Assembly: GCA_050250895.1 (NCBI GenBank)
Contig: JBFWNU010000002.1
Location: 224,001-288,000, forward strand
Direction of reading: 5' to 3'
Source of the DNA: Vulcanimicrobiota bacterium
GTDB taxonomy: Bacteria > Vulcanimicrobiota > Xenobia > Xenobiales > JADMJV01
DNA: 64,000 nt
Shown: positions 38,889 to 49,414 of the stretch, in pieces
Layout of the letters: the number at the start of each line of letters is the position of its first letter
Position numbering within the stretch: the stretch's first letter is position 1
Translations under genes and position numbers: made by a program
The notes under the pieces: generated by a model
The model's input: the letters and a program-made list of their open reading frames with translations, nothing else
Told to the model about the DNA's origin: nothing
Databases searched by the model: none

Positions 38889-39737
38889 CTACTTCTGCTG
38901 GGTCAACCTGGTATGGTCCACCGTGAGCTGGTCGTAGGCAGCTTTGGGCAGGCCGAAGACCAGGTCGTAGTCGTTGCGCAGGATGTAGGTCTGGTCGCCT
39001 GACTCGAAGAGCTGATAGACGTGCTGGCCATCGGCGGCGGTCACCTTGAGCACCTTGGTGTCGGCCGGGGTGACCTGTTCGGGAGCGGTCACCCGCAGGT
39101 GGGCCAGCGCGGCCGTCAACTGGCCGACCTTGTTCGAGTCGACCTCGCCCTGGGCCAGCTTCCAGCCGCCCGAGTTCTCGAGGCGATAGTCGCCACCTTC
39201 GATGACGGTCGGGTTCTTGGCTGCCAAAAGGCCAGGGTCAAACCAGGCCTCGCCGCTGGTGGGCAGGTCGTAGGAGTTGAGCGAGACCGAGTAGGTTTTC
39301 TGGTCGCCGTCGACCCGAACGTGGGCCTGGCGAAACGAGGGCGAGCTGCCGACATAGAGGCGACCCAGCAACTTCTCGCCCTGGTAGAACTCGACACGGC
39401 GCTGGAACTTGTCCTGCTCCACCTCGAAGCGTGGGAAGGCGCTGGCCGTGGTGGCCACCGGCCAGCCCGTCTTGAGGTTGGAGAGATCGCTCAAGAGCGT
39501 CTTCACCCGGGCCGAGTTGGCTGGCAGCTTGTGAAAGTCGGGCAGGATCCAGTCCTGGCCCTGCAGCTTCAAGACCACCGTCTCTTCCGGGTCGGCGATG
39601 ACCAGGCGGTTGGCCTGAGCCAGCTCGAAGCTCAACAGCGGAGAGGGCTCGGGCTGGGTGCGGTGGTTGGCCAGGGCCAGACCACCGGCCACCACCAGTT
39701 GCACCACCAACAGAACGAGTAGCTTTTTCCTAAGCAT
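38889..39737 (-). CDS. DUF4340-like periplasmic accessory protein
   Basis: N-terminal anchor; typical last gene of gldA/F/G-like ABC operons. Confidence 0.8.
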   Translation of the reverse strand: MLRKKLLVLLVVQLVVAGGLALANHRTQPEPSPLLSFELAQANRLVIADPEETVVLKLQGQDWILPDFHKLPANSARVKTLLSDLSNLKTGWPVATTASAFPRFEVEQDKFQRRVEFYQGEKLLGRLYVGSSPSFRQAHVRVDGDQKTYSVSLNSYDLPTSGEAWFDPGLLAAKNPTVIEGGDYRLENSGGWKLAQGEVDSNKVGQLTAALAHLRVTAPEQVTPADTKVLKVTAADGQHVYQLFESGDQTYILRNDYDLVFGLPKAAYDQLTVDHTRLTQQK

Positions 39738-42492
39738 TCTCCACCTCCCACAGTTTGAGATAGGCCCGCTCGCGGTGGTGCTGCCAGAGGCGGCGGGCCA
39801 GGGCGACGGCCATCAGAGCCAGCAGGGCCAGGCCGTAGTTGAGGTATTCCCAGATGAGTTGATGCTCGCGGGTTATCGGAGGTAGCGTGCGGTTGAAGTG
39901 ACCGCGGCCGCGGATGCTCAGCAAGCCCTGGTCTTCGAGCGACCAGTCGACGGCGTTGGCCATCATGTTGGTCGTGTTGCGGTATTCGCCGGAGCCGGTG
40001 GCCATCAGCCCCAACACCTCGTCGCGCAAGAAGTCGTTCGAGGCGATCAGGATCAGGCGGGCCGAGTCGGGCGAGTGAGCCAGCAGGTTGGCTCGCTCGA
40101 CGGGAGCCTTCTTGGTGGCGAAGTAAGAGTCGAAACGACCGCTCACCACCACTCCCAACAGCCGTTTGGCCTGGCTGCCGGTGGGGGTGAAGCCGCTGTT
40201 GCCGGCCGCGTCCAGGCTCGGCATCACCTCGGTCGAGGCGTTCAGCCAGCTGTCGGACGAGCTGTGCAAGAGTTCGGTCACCTGGCGGGATTTCTGCTCT
40301 TGGACCGTGATGGGCGAGGCCCAGGCCAGGGTGGCCTGAGGAACCTCGGCCAGGATGGGGTGCTCCTGCTCTTCACGCACATCCACGAAGTAGGGGTAGG
40401 GGAGCATCCGCACTTCGCGCAGCGGCACTCCGCCCACATAGCGGGTGACCGGGATGGGTAGGGCCGCACAGTGGGGGTCGAGCACCATCTGCTGGTCGAG
40501 CTTGAGGCCATAACTGCCCAGCCAATCTTCGAGGCCGCTCTGGCGCTCTTGCATGGCCAGTTGGCCGCGCGAGAAGTTGATGTCGAAAGGCGAGCTGGCC
40601 ACAATCACCGTGCCACCCTGCATCAAGAACTGGTCGACGGCAAAGACCTGTTTGTCATCGAGCTGGTCGGGAGCCACCACCATCAACAGGTCGGTCCCCG
40701 AAGGCACCCGGCCGTCCTTGAGGTCGGTCTTGACCACCTGGAGGTCTTCCTCCAGGCGGCGTTTGAGCTGGTCGAAGCCCGAGGGGGGAGCCACCAGGGC
40801 CACCGTCTTGGTGAAGCCCCGGGCGAACCGCTTGAGGCCGTCTTCGATGGTTTTCTTGAAGGCCGCCTCGGTGATCTCGCCCAGCGAGAGCTGGACTACC
40901 TTGTCGCCCTGGCTCAAGGTCAGATAGAAATAGAAATGGTCGCCGCCGAGCAGGCTGGTGGTCATCGGTCGAAAGCCATAGTCGGCCGCAATCTGTTTGG
41001 CCACCTGGCCGCCGTCGGCCTCAGGTTCGATGACTTCGAACTGGAGTTTATCGCCACCGTCCTTTTTGAAGCCCTCCACTACTTTCTCGAGGTTGGTGCG
41101 GGCCTCGGTCAAGCTCTCGGGCAGGCGGCTCGAGACATAGGCGGTGAGCTTGACGGGCTCGTCGAGGGCAGTGAACAGGCTGCCCTTGGCCTGGTAGGCC
41201 TGCATGGTCTTCTTGATGGCTCGGGTCAGGTCATACTCGGGGTTGCGCAGGGCCACTTCCAGGTTGGTCTCGCCACCCGACTTGAGCTCGATGAGATCGC
41301 GAAAGCCCAGCACTTGCTGCTGGTCGCCATACTTGACCAGCACGTTGAAATAGGCGCTGACCACCGAAGCCTGGTGGCGGTCGGCGATCTGCATGGGCAC
41401 GGGGTGAATGCCGAACTCCTGATTGGCCTCCTGTTCGACCTCGGGGTCGTCGGCCGGGTCCACGAATTCGACTCGCACCTTATCGCCCCCGGCCTGGGCA
41501 TACTCGCGCATCAGGTCCTGCAGCTGCGGCACCAGCGGCGCTAGCAGCGGGTGGGTCTTGGCGCTAAAATAGCCTCGCAGCAAGAGCGGTTGCTCGAGCT
41601 GACCGAGGTACTCCCGGGTGGCCGGCGACAAAGAATAGAGCTTGCCTTCGGTGGTGTCGACCCGCAACATCCCCAGCTGGCCCAGCCAGAGATTGGCGGC
41701 CAGGGCGTTGGCCACCAGCAGTCCGGCCAGCATCCACCCTTGCTGATGGCGGCCTGACGTAGCCTGGCTAGACCAGCGCTCGCGCTCGAGCACGAAGGTG
41801 TTGAGGGCCAGAAAGACCACCACCATGCAAACATAGAAGTAGAGGTCGCGCAGGTCGATGATACCCCGTGTGATCGACTCGAAGCGCGAGCCGGTTCCGA
41901 ACAGGCGCATCCAGTCGGCGGCCTGATGCGAGACCAGCTGGGTGACGGTGGGGCTGCCCACCAGATAGAAGAGGCCTCCCAGGGCCAGCGAGCTCAGCAG
42001 GCTGACGATCTGGTTGTCGCAGCGGGCCGAGACGAACAGCCCCAGACTAATGTAGGCCGCACCCAGGCAGAAGGCGGCCACATAGCCAGCCAGCACCGGA
42101 CCCCAATCCAGGTGACCCAGCCAGGCCACCGTGAAGGTCAGCGGAAGGGTCAAGGCCAGGGCCAGGGCCAACAACAGGCAGCAAGCCAGAAATTTTCCCA
42201 GCACGAAGTTGAGCAAGGGCACGGGTGAGGTCATCACGTGCTCGAGGGTGCCCGTGCGGCGCTCTTCGCTCCACAACCGCATGGTCAGAGTGCTGGTCAA
42301 GAAGATCAAGAGCAGCGGCATCCACTCGAAAAGAGGGCGAAGGTCGGCGATGTTGCGCGCGAAAAACGCCTCGACCCAGAAAAAGACGAACAGGGTCACT
42401 CCGAGAAAGGCCGCTAGAAACAGATAGGCAATGGGGGAGGAGAAGAAGAGGGTGACTTCTTTGGCGATCACCCGGCGCAGTTCAGGCCGCAC
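39730..42492 (-). CDS. GldF-GldG-like fusion (ABC-2 permease + ABC auxiliary domain)
   Basis: FSSPIAY, MRLWSEERRTGTLE, DTTEGKLYSLS, EFVDP, DQFLMQGG, NAVDW..LLSIR. Confidence 0.9.
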   Translation of the reverse strand: MRPELRRVIAKEVTLFFSSPIAYLFLAAFLGVTLFVFFWVEAFFARNIADLRPLFEWMPLLLIFLTSTLTMRLWSEERRTGTLEHVMTSPVPLLNFVLGKFLACCLLLALALALTLPLTFTVAWLGHLDWGPVLAGYVAAFCLGAAYISLGLFVSARCDNQIVSLLSSLALGGLFYLVGSPTVTQLVSHQAADWMRLFGTGSRFESITRGIIDLRDLYFYVCMVVVFLALNTFVLERERWSSQATSGRHQQGWMLAGLLVANALAANLWLGQLGMLRVDTTEGKLYSLSPATREYLGQLEQPLLLRGYFSAKTHPLLAPLVPQLQDLMREYAQAGGDKVRVEFVDPADDPEVEQEANQEFGIHPVPMQIADRHQASVVSAYFNVLVKYGDQQQVLGFRDLIELKSGGETNLEVALRNPEYDLTRAIKKTMQAYQAKGSLFTALDEPVKLTAYVSSRLPESLTEARTNLEKVVEGFKKDGGDKLQFEVIEPEADGGQVAKQIAADYGFRPMTTSLLGGDHFYFYLTLSQGDKVVQLSLGEITEAAFKKTIEDGLKRFARGFTKTVALVAPPSGFDQLKRRLEEDLQVVKTDLKDGRVPSGTDLLMVVAPDQLDDKQVFAVDQFLMQGGTVIVASSPFDINFSRGQLAMQERQSGLEDWLGSYGLKLDQQMVLDPHCAALPIPVTRYVGGVPLREVRMLPYPYFVDVREEQEHPILAEVPQATLAWASPITVQEQKSRQVTELLHSSSDSWLNASTEVMPSLDAAGNSGFTPTGSQAKRLLGVVVSGRFDSYFATKKAPVERANLLAHSPDSARLILIASNDFLRDEVLGLMATGSGEYRNTTNMMANAVDWSLEDQGLLSIRGRGHFNRTLPPITREHQLIWEYLNYGLALLALMAVALARRLWQHHRERAYLKLWEVENA

Positions 42493-43405
42493 GTTCCACC
42501 CCCTGATTCACCTGTCGGAACAGGGTCTCCAGATCGCGCTGCTCGACCTGCAGCTGATAAAGTTCGGCTTTGGCCCCGGCCACCACTCGGGCCAGGGCCG
42601 CTCCCACCCGGCGCGGGTCGGCATCGTCGGCCAGTTTGACTCGATAGCGCTCGGGCTCGACCCGCTCCCACTCGCACACGCCGTCCACTTCGGCCAGGGC
42701 ATCGGCCTCGAGCACCAGGCTGGTGTCTAGCAAGAGTTGCTTGCTCTGGCGCAGGTCGGCAAGCTTGGCGTCCACCACCAGGTCGCCCCGGCGCAGGATG
42801 AGCACCCGGTCGCACACTGCCTCGACCTCTTGCATGATGTGAGTGGACAGGATGACGGTGGCGTCCAGCGAGATCTTGCGAATGAGCTGGCGCATCTGGT
42901 CGGTCTGGGCCGGGTCCAGGCCGTTGGTCGGCTCGTCGAGAATCAACAGGCGGGGTTGTCCCAGAATGGCCTGAGCGACTCCCACCCGCTGGCGATAGCC
43001 CCGCGAGAGAGTAGAAATCGGGGCCAGGAGTTTGTCTTTTAAGTCGGTTTCGCGCACCACTCGGCGCAACTCGTTGGCCTTGGCCTCGCCCTCCAGGCCC
43101 TTGAGTTCGGCTGCGTAGTCGAGATAGTCGACCACCGAAAGCTCCGGGTAAAGTGGCAGGCTCTCGGGCAGATAGCCCAGCCCTCGCTGGATGGTGGCCG
43201 GATCGGCCGAAAGGTCGACCCCGTCGACCACGATGCTCCCGATATCTGGCTCTAGATAGCCGCTGAGCATCTTCATGATGGTGGTCTTGCCGGCGCCGTT
43301 GTGGCCCAGCAGCCCCACCACCTCTCCTCGGGCGATAGTAAAACTCGCCTGATTGACCGCTTTGAAGTCGCCGTAGCTGCGACTGAGACTGGTGACGACC
43401 AGCAT
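42482..43405 (-). CDS. ABC transporter ATP-binding protein (GldA-like)
   Basis: GHNGAGKTT, LSRGYRQR, LILDEPTNGLDP, STHIMQEV. Confidence 0.95.
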   Translation of the reverse strand: MLVVTSLSRSYGDFKAVNQASFTIARGEVVGLLGHNGAGKTTIMKMLSGYLEPDIGSIVVDGVDLSADPATIQRGLGYLPESLPLYPELSVVDYLDYAAELKGLEGEAKANELRRVVRETDLKDKLLAPISTLSRGYRQRVGVAQAILGQPRLLILDEPTNGLDPAQTDQMRQLIRKISLDATVILSTHIMQEVEAVCDRVLILRRGDLVVDAKLADLRQSKQLLLDTSLVLEADALAEVDGVCEWERVEPERYRVKLADDADPRRVGAALARVVAGAKAELYQLQVEQRDLETLFRQVNQGVERAA

Positions 43406-43606
43406 ACACTCCTCCCTCGGGTTGCCGGTGGGAGGTCCGCATCGCCGACTCCCTGGATCCGGCTAAATGCATGGCTTAAGACAAACTAAGCTTGGCTCAG
43501 GTTTCGTTAGAGAGAAATTTGCTTTTCGTTAGCTCCGTGTTAGCCCCACGCGATCCGCCCAAGACCGCCGAGATGAAAGAGCCGGGACGATGGCGAATAC
43601 TCCCGG

Positions 43607-44332
43607 GTGGAGTTGTTGTGCGAGTTGCGCCGGGCCATGGACCGGGGCGAGATGGGGGCCCTTGAGGTCTTGGCCGACCTGGCCAGGACCTCGCCCGAGG
43701 CAGCCGAGTGTCTGGTCGAGGCCATCCCGGCTGGGGGACAGCCAGTGCTCGACGCGCTGGGCGAACTGCGTCGCGAATACCCGCGTCATCAGGGCGTGAC
43801 CCTGCGTTTGCTGGCGGCGCTTCAGGCCACCCGTCAGCCAGAGACGAGACTGGCTTTGCTCGAGGCCCTCGAGCGACTGGGTGACGAGACGGCTGTGCCG
43901 GCTCTGCTGGATCTGTTAGACGGCCCCGAAGCCATACCGGCGGCCCTGGCCCTGGGACGCATCGGCACCTCGCGTGCTGGCGAAGGATTGGCGGTGGTGC
44001 TCGAGGCTGAACTCAACAAGCCTCAAAGCCCGCAAATCGAGCCGCTGGTCGAGGCGGTGGCCCGGCTCGAGTCGGTCGACGGCGCCGTGAGCCTGGCTCG
44101 GGCCACTCTGGCGGGGCACGAGCAGGCGTATGACCACCTCTGGCGCCAGCGCAAGTTGCTGGTCGAAGCCCTGGCCCGGCCCGAGCACCGGCGCCTCGTG
44201 CTCGAGACCTACATCGAATATCCTAAGCTCACCGATCCCCGGGCCGTGACCCGATTGCTCGACAGTCCCGACGGCGAGATCAGTCGTCTGGCGGCGCGGG
44301 CGATGGCTTCGGCCGACTGGGCCTGGCATTGA
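43607..44332 (+). CDS. HEAT/PBS-lyase repeat protein
   Basis: ALERLGDETAVPALLDLL..AALALGRIG repeats. Confidence 0.75.
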   Translation: MELLCELRRAMDRGEMGALEVLADLARTSPEAAECLVEAIPAGGQPVLDALGELRREYPRHQGVTLRLLAALQATRQPETRLALLEALERLGDETAVPALLDLLDGPEAIPAALALGRIGTSRAGEGLAVVLEAELNKPQSPQIEPLVEAVARLESVDGAVSLARATLAGHEQAYDHLWRQRKLLVEALARPEHRRLVLETYIEYPKLTDPRAVTRLLDSPDGEISRLAARAMASADWAWH

Positions 44333-45572
44333 CCCACACCACGAAGATAAGCCAGAGCGCAGCGAAGTAGATGGGTAGGCCCCACAAAGACCGTGCAAAC
44401 AGGTCTTCTCCGCCGCCCAGGGCCCGCAACATGCCGGTATAGACCAGGTTGATGCCGCCAAAGGCCAGGTTAGAACCAAGGCCTTTAAAGCTGAGCAGGG
44501 TGGCGCGTCGCTGCGAGTCGACCGCCTGGTTGAGATAGTAGCTGGCGAAGAAGTTGGCCGCCTGGATCGAGATTGCCAACACTCCCATGAAGAGGGCGCC
44601 CCATAACGGGATGGTCAGCGCCAGGCCCACCAGGCCGGTCAGGGTAAAGGTGCTCAAGATCATAAAGACGGTGGTGCGGCTGGCCCGTTCGGCCAGCCAG
44701 CGCGAGGGTTTGCCGGCGGCCGCACTGACTCCGGCCAGAGCGGCGCCCAGCACCCCGAGCCACGCCTCGTCGTAGCCGATGCTGCGGTAGTATTCGGCCG
44801 AAAGGGTCATCGGCAGCCGCACCACGTGGTCGAGCAGGATTACCGCGGCGATCACGGTCAGCACCGAGCGCTTCGAGAACAGCCAGCGGGCCACGCTGCC
44901 GACCTGGGCAAAGGCTTCGCGATAGGGGTGCTCGGGGCACTCCGGGCGATTCTTTTCCCGGGGCAGCGAGAGGGCGGCCGCCAGGGCCAGCAGGCTGCTG
45001 CCCAGGGTCAGCCAGACCGGCAACCGCAGGGTCTGAGCTTTGCTCAACTGCCAACCGAAGAGCTGGTTGAGAAAGTCGGGGTCATAGGCCGCCGCGCCCA
45101 CCAACATGGCCGTGAAGAAGGCTCCGCTCTGCACCACGGTGAGGCGCTCGAGCACCCGGGGCCATTGGTCCTCGAGCCCGTCGGCGGCCAGGGCATCGTA
45201 GGTGAGTGCCTCATCGGCCCCGCTGGCCATGGCCTCGGCCGCGCCCGAGAGGATGCGGTTGAGGGCAAACAGCGCCAGAACCACGGCCGGAGCGTCGTCG
45301 GGAGCCAGCAGAATCACGCCCATCTCTACCACCATCATGGTCGCGGCCAGGATCACCAGACTACGTCTGCCGATGATATCGGCCAGGGCTCCCGAGGGGA
45401 CCTCAAGTAGCACGATGGCGGCCGACCACAGCAGGTTGAGCAGAGCGAACTGTTCGAGGGTCAGGCCAAAATCGAGAAAGAGTAAGGCAAAAATCGGATA
45501 GTAGAAGCGGGTGTTGAAGCCCACCCGGAAGCCGAGAAAACCCCGCACTGCCGGGTGTGCCAAAGCCTCCAC
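44280..45572 (-). CDS. MFS transporter
   Basis: LEVPSGALADIIGRR, SGADEALTYD, RATLLS; about 12 TM segments. Confidence 0.92.
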   Translation of the reverse strand: MEALAHPAVRGFLGFRVGFNTRFYYPIFALLFLDFGLTLEQFALLNLLWSAAIVLLEVPSGALADIIGRRSLVILAATMMVVEMGVILLAPDDAPAVVLALFALNRILSGAAEAMASGADEALTYDALAADGLEDQWPRVLERLTVVQSGAFFTAMLVGAAAYDPDFLNQLFGWQLSKAQTLRLPVWLTLGSSLLALAAALSLPREKNRPECPEHPYREAFAQVGSVARWLFSKRSVLTVIAAVILLDHVVRLPMTLSAEYYRSIGYDEAWLGVLGAALAGVSAAAGKPSRWLAERASRTTVFMILSTFTLTGLVGLALTIPLWGALFMGVLAISIQAANFFASYYLNQAVDSQRRATLLSFKGLGSNLAFGGINLVYTGMLRALGGGEDLFARSLWGLPIYFAALWLIFVVWVNARPSRPKPSPAPPDD

Positions 45573-46039
45573 TAGCTAGGCTGCAAGGCGTAGTTGAGGC
45601 CGCCGCCGGCACCCATGACCAGGGCCGAGAAGGCTGCCCCTTCCAGGCCGCCGCCAGCGGCTGCCAACCCCAGCCGCAGAGCCACCCGCCCCAGAGCTTC
45701 GCCGCGCACGGGGTTGCTCTCGTCGAGCGAGGCTCCCACCCGGCCAGCCAGGTTGCTGGCATAGCGGGCCAGGTCGTGACCGGCGATGGCGCCGGCCACG
45801 CCCACCACTCCGGTCATACCCATCACCACCGCGGGGTGATTGGAAAGAGCCACACCCAGGGCGGCCCCCAGGCCAAGACCGAGGGCTCCGCCGGTGAGGG
45901 CGAAGTCGATCCGGCCCATCCAGTCGCCGGTCGCGCCGGCGCCCCGATAGAAGGCGTCGACCTTGGGGTTGCTCGGCTGGGGAGCCGAGGGCGGTGAGTT
46001 CGTGAGACGTGAGACAGGCTGGTAAGCTTGAATGCGCAT
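45572..46039 (-). CDS. Gly/Ala-rich hypothetical membrane protein
   Basis: 155 aa with glycine-zipper-like helices; GGAGG SD; coupled to the MFS gene. Confidence 0.65.
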   Translation of the reverse strand: MRIQAYQPVSRLTNSPPSAPQPSNPKVDAFYRGAGATGDWMGRIDFALTGGALGLGLGAALGVALSNHPAVVMGMTGVVGVAGAIAGHDLARYASNLAGRVGASLDESNPVRGEALGRVALRLGLAAAGGGLEGAAFSALVMGAGGGLNYALQPS

Positions 46040-46149
46040 AATAGCCTCCGGCCACTTTCTACACCATAACTGGTCTGCGAGGAATAGAGATTTCGTTAAT
46101 TGTGTGTTTACACCGTTGCAACGAAAAAGTCGGATCTAGCTCTGCCTGC

Positions 46150-46329
46150 CAACTTCCCTCCGTCCTGGGCCCGGTATTCTTTAAGCACATACCGGGCCCG
46201 ACTTAAGCCGACCCTCCTGCACATCGGCGTCGGGCCCTGTCGATAGAAGGAAATTGGCGTGGACTTCTATCGGCTCTCATAGATGACCATACGGACCTCA
46301 GGGCTCGCGAGCAATCGCGAGCCTTTTTC
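46150..46329 (+). ncRNA. Candidate structured small RNA ending in an intrinsic terminator
   Basis: Several 9-11-bp stems and terminator ggctcgcga-gcaa-tcgcgagcc-ttttt, with no ORF to explain them. Confidence 0.5.
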
Positions 46330-46342
46330 TTGGTTTCAGAAA

Positions 46343-46376
46343 CTTTAAGACGTCTTTAAGAGCGCTGAGTTAGTCT
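46343..46376 (+). promoter_or_regulatory. OmpR/PhoB-type direct repeat and -10 box
   Basis: ctttaaga-cgt-ctttaaga (11-bp period) followed by TAGTCT. Confidence 0.5.
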
Positions 46377-46407
46377 AGGCCGGTAACCCGACAGTAGGAG
46401 AGATTTT

Positions 46408-46878
46408 ATGAGCACCATTCAGCACGTTCCGACCTGGGCCCGTCCCGACGTCGACAATTTCAAAGCCACCGGCCGCCTTCAGGGCCAGGACGTCAAGCAC
46501 GTCCCCATTCCCCCCGAGCAGGTTGATGCCGTCGAACTCAAACTGACCCAGCAGATCGGACAGCTGATTCAGGCCGACGAGACTCCCTTCGACCAGGCCA
46601 AAGGCGAGCCCGGCAAAGTCAAAGTCGAGCAGATGGGCCTGAGCGCCACTGCTCACTTCGAAGGCGACACCAAAGTCGGCAGCGTAGCCATGGAAGCCTC
46701 CGGCCCGATCAACACTGCCGCCTATGGTGAATTCAGTGCCGCCTCGGCCAACCTGGTGCAGATCGTCCAGCTCGACGAGGGCAACTTCGCCACCGTTGGC
46801 GCCCACATCGACCGCCAGAACCCGGCCGAGAGCTACGTCGAACTCAAGAACGTTCCCGACGGCATGGTCGGCTTCTAG
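46408..46878 (+). CDS. Hypothetical protein
   Basis: AGGAG SD, strongly C-ending codons; 156 aa. Confidence 0.75.
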   Translation: MSTIQHVPTWARPDVDNFKATGRLQGQDVKHVPIPPEQVDAVELKLTQQIGQLIQADETPFDQAKGEPGKVKVEQMGLSATAHFEGDTKVGSVAMEASGPINTAAYGEFSAASANLVQIVQLDEGNFATVGAHIDRQNPAESYVELKNVPDGMVGF

Positions 46879-46893
46879 CTCCATCCAAATAGT

Positions 46894-47298
46894 TCACAGC
46901 AAGCGATCAGGCCGGGCATCTAGCTCGGCCTGGTTTTTCGTTATGGTGTCGAGCAGCGACCAGGCCCACGAGTTCTTGGGTGGAGCCCCGTCGATGTAGC
47001 CGCCCCCGAGCAGCCGACCCGTTCCCTTGGGACGGCTCCAGGCTACCCGTAGTTCGACCACGCCGCAGGGCAGCTCGGGGGTCAACTCGGGCAGCAAGAC
47101 GCTGCAGGTTCTAGGGGCGTGATTGAGTTCCGCCACCATTAGCTTGAGACCGCTCCAGCTAAGATCCAGCAACTGGGCGCGCAGCCGTTGGCCGTCGGCC
47201 CAAAGTTCGAGTTCGAGAGACTGGTCGTGCCGGGGTTCGCGGCGTCGTTCTACCGGCTTGCGACCTAGCCAGCGTCCCCAGATTCCTGTTTGGCTCAC
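46894..47298 (-). CDS. PilZ domain protein
   Basis: ERRREPR (RxxxR) and DLSWSG (DxSxxG). Confidence 0.85.
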   Translation of the reverse strand: MSQTGIWGRWLGRKPVERRREPRHDQSLELELWADGQRLRAQLLDLSWSGLKLMVAELNHAPRTCSVLLPELTPELPCGVVELRVAWSRPKGTGRLLGGGYIDGAPPKNSWAWSLLDTITKNQAELDARPDRLL

Positions 47299-47338
47299 CT
47301 CACCAGTCTATCACAGCACTGTCAAGATTCGGACAAGA

Positions 47339-47773
47339 TTACTTATGTTGATAATCAGGACGATGGGCCTCGAGTTGCTCGGCCAGTCGAGGGGCGGTGC
47401 TGCGAGCTTTCTTGAGCACCAGGCCGTAGGTTTGGTCGACGGTGGGTAGCATCGGAAAATCGAAAGATTTCAGGATATAGTCGAGCACGGCCAGTCCCAG
47501 CGCCCATAGCGGTCCGAAGCGTAGACCCAGATAAACCATCAAGGCAAAGGCGACCACGATGGTTGACCATCCGAGAGGGTTGACCCATCCGGGGGTCAAC
47601 GACCCGCGAGCCTGTCCGCGCGAGGCCGAACTCACGCCGCTGCCGGCTTTCTCGACCAGATACTCTATCAGGTTGTGGACCACCGATCTGACGCGGGTGG
47701 CCGCCATGCCCAGATAGCAGACAATCCCTACCAGACCGGCCAGGGCCGCCGGGGGGACGCTCCAGATGTTCAT
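47339..47773 (-). CDS. Hypothetical membrane protein
   Basis: 144 aa with about three TM segments. Confidence 0.6.
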   Translation of the reverse strand: MNIWSVPPAALAGLVGIVCYLGMAATRVRSVVHNLIEYLVEKAGSGVSSASRGQARGSLTPGWVNPLGWSTIVVAFALMVYLGLRFGPLWALGLAVLDYILKSFDFPMLPTVDQTYGLVLKKARSTAPRLAEQLEAHRPDYQHK

Positions 47774-47849
47774 CTAGTGGTATTGGAGCAGGCTGTGATC
47801 AGGTCCTGTTCTGACGGGGGATGAAAGGGCCGATCTTGAAGGCCTGAGC

Positions 47850-49181
47850 ATGAACGAGAATCTGCGCAAGTTTATCGAGCAGCAAAAGCTTCGCGGAGCG
47901 CTCGACTCGAGCGGGCATTTTTCGGTCAACCCTTTCAAGGCCCGGGCCAAGATGGCCCAATTCCAGACGGGCGATCCAGCTTTCTACCTGCTGCGCCTGG
48001 TCCAGGCCGGCGTCCTGGCCGGGGCTAGACGGCTAGAATTTCAGTTGATGTGGACCGGGATCGAGTGTGTCATGGTCGAGCCCGATTTCGAACAGCTGCC
48101 CAGCCGCGAAGTGTTGGCCGGCTTTGGCACGCCCCTGGCCAAAGGCTCGCGCACGGCCATCAGCTTTCTGGTTCACGGACTTAACGTCTTGTTGGGCAAT
48201 CCGCCCGAATCCATCGAACTCAGCTGGAATCAAGCCGACGGCAGCAGTCACAAAATCAGCGTCAGCGAAGCCGGAATCCTGCAGACCGAAAGTCGCCACG
48301 GCCGTGACTATCACTGGTTCGGGTTGACGGTGCGGCGCCAGTCCTCGCGCGAGCAGGTGGCTGCCGAGACCCAGGCGCTCTATAGCCGAGCCGGCTGCGC
48401 GCCCATCGTAGTGTTGTGCGATGGAACTCCGGTCAATTCCGGCACCAACGCTCACAGCTCGCTTTATAGCGGCAACTACCCATGCGACTGGAACGGCTAT
48501 TTGCCTTCCCACTATGTGTTGGCCGAGCGTTACCTCAGCGGCAACGACAGTTCGGGCATCTGTCTGCGGGCCCCGTCCCTGCGTCTGGCCCAGTTCTGGG
48601 AGGCCCAGGGCAAGATCAAGGAAGGCTCGTCCAAGCGGGACATCTTCCTTCACCAGTCAGCGCCCGACTTACCCGACGACCGCCTGACGGTGGCCGATGG
48701 AGTGATCACCATTCCTATCAGCCTGGTGCAAGGCTCGACCATCACCTACGTGCAGGCCGGGGTCACCATCGAGACCGAGAAGTTGGCCGCCCCGGGGGTT
48801 CACGCCATCTACTGCGTCGACGGCTACGAGACCGACCTGAGCGGTTGCCAGTTGGTGCGCGACGAGCATTACGAGCAGCTCAAGAAGTTTCTGGTGGGCG
48901 AGATGCACAGCCTGGCCCACGACGTGCGCTCGCGACTGCGCTACATCAAGGCTCGCTTTGATTGGACCACCGAGCGCAGACAGACGGCGGTAGTCATGAC
49001 CGGTGTCCTGGCTTGCTTTGTCTTCTCGGGTTGGTCGCTGTGGACCATTCCGGTGCTGGGCAAGCTCTGGGCCGGTGCCCTGGCCACCGTCGGCAGCGGC
49101 GGCACGGGTCTGGCCATGCAGACCAAAGCCGACCTCGACGAAGAGTTTCGCGCGCACCTGCGGGAAAGGCTACCCTACTAG
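47850..49181 (+). CDS. Hypothetical protein, degenerate GHKL-like N-terminus and C-terminal TMs
   Basis: DSSGHFSVNP.KA..KM..FQ..YLLRLVQA; TDLSG; two C-terminal TMs. Confidence 0.7.
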   Translation: MNENLRKFIEQQKLRGALDSSGHFSVNPFKARAKMAQFQTGDPAFYLLRLVQAGVLAGARRLEFQLMWTGIECVMVEPDFEQLPSREVLAGFGTPLAKGSRTAISFLVHGLNVLLGNPPESIELSWNQADGSSHKISVSEAGILQTESRHGRDYHWFGLTVRRQSSREQVAAETQALYSRAGCAPIVVLCDGTPVNSGTNAHSSLYSGNYPCDWNGYLPSHYVLAERYLSGNDSSGICLRAPSLRLAQFWEAQGKIKEGSSKRDIFLHQSAPDLPDDRLTVADGVITIPISLVQGSTITYVQAGVTIETEKLAAPGVHAIYCVDGYETDLSGCQLVRDEHYEQLKKFLVGEMHSLAHDVRSRLRYIKARFDWTTERRQTAVVMTGVLACFVFSGWSLWTIPVLGKLWAGALATVGSGGTGLAMQTKADLDEEFRAHLRERLPY

Positions 49182-49414
49182 GCGTTCGATAGAGAGGACC
49201 AGCTCGCTATACTCGACCGGGTCGAGGTCGAACGTTACCCCGTCGGCAAGTCGCAACCTGAGGCCACCGCTTCGGCGGCCAGAGTATCGACCCGGGGTTG
49301 GGGCAGGTCCTTGAGAAGTTGGCCGTCGCTCGTGGTCGAATCCGACCATGAACCGGCGCGGTTGCGCCCACATGCTCGCGCAATTAGAGGAGCCATCCGG
49401 GTCTGGGGGAAGCC

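Noticed and set aside
38889-43405. Gliding motility system
   Set aside because: GldA/F/G-like ABC operons with DUF4340 are widespread outside gliding bacteria; no motor genes are present.
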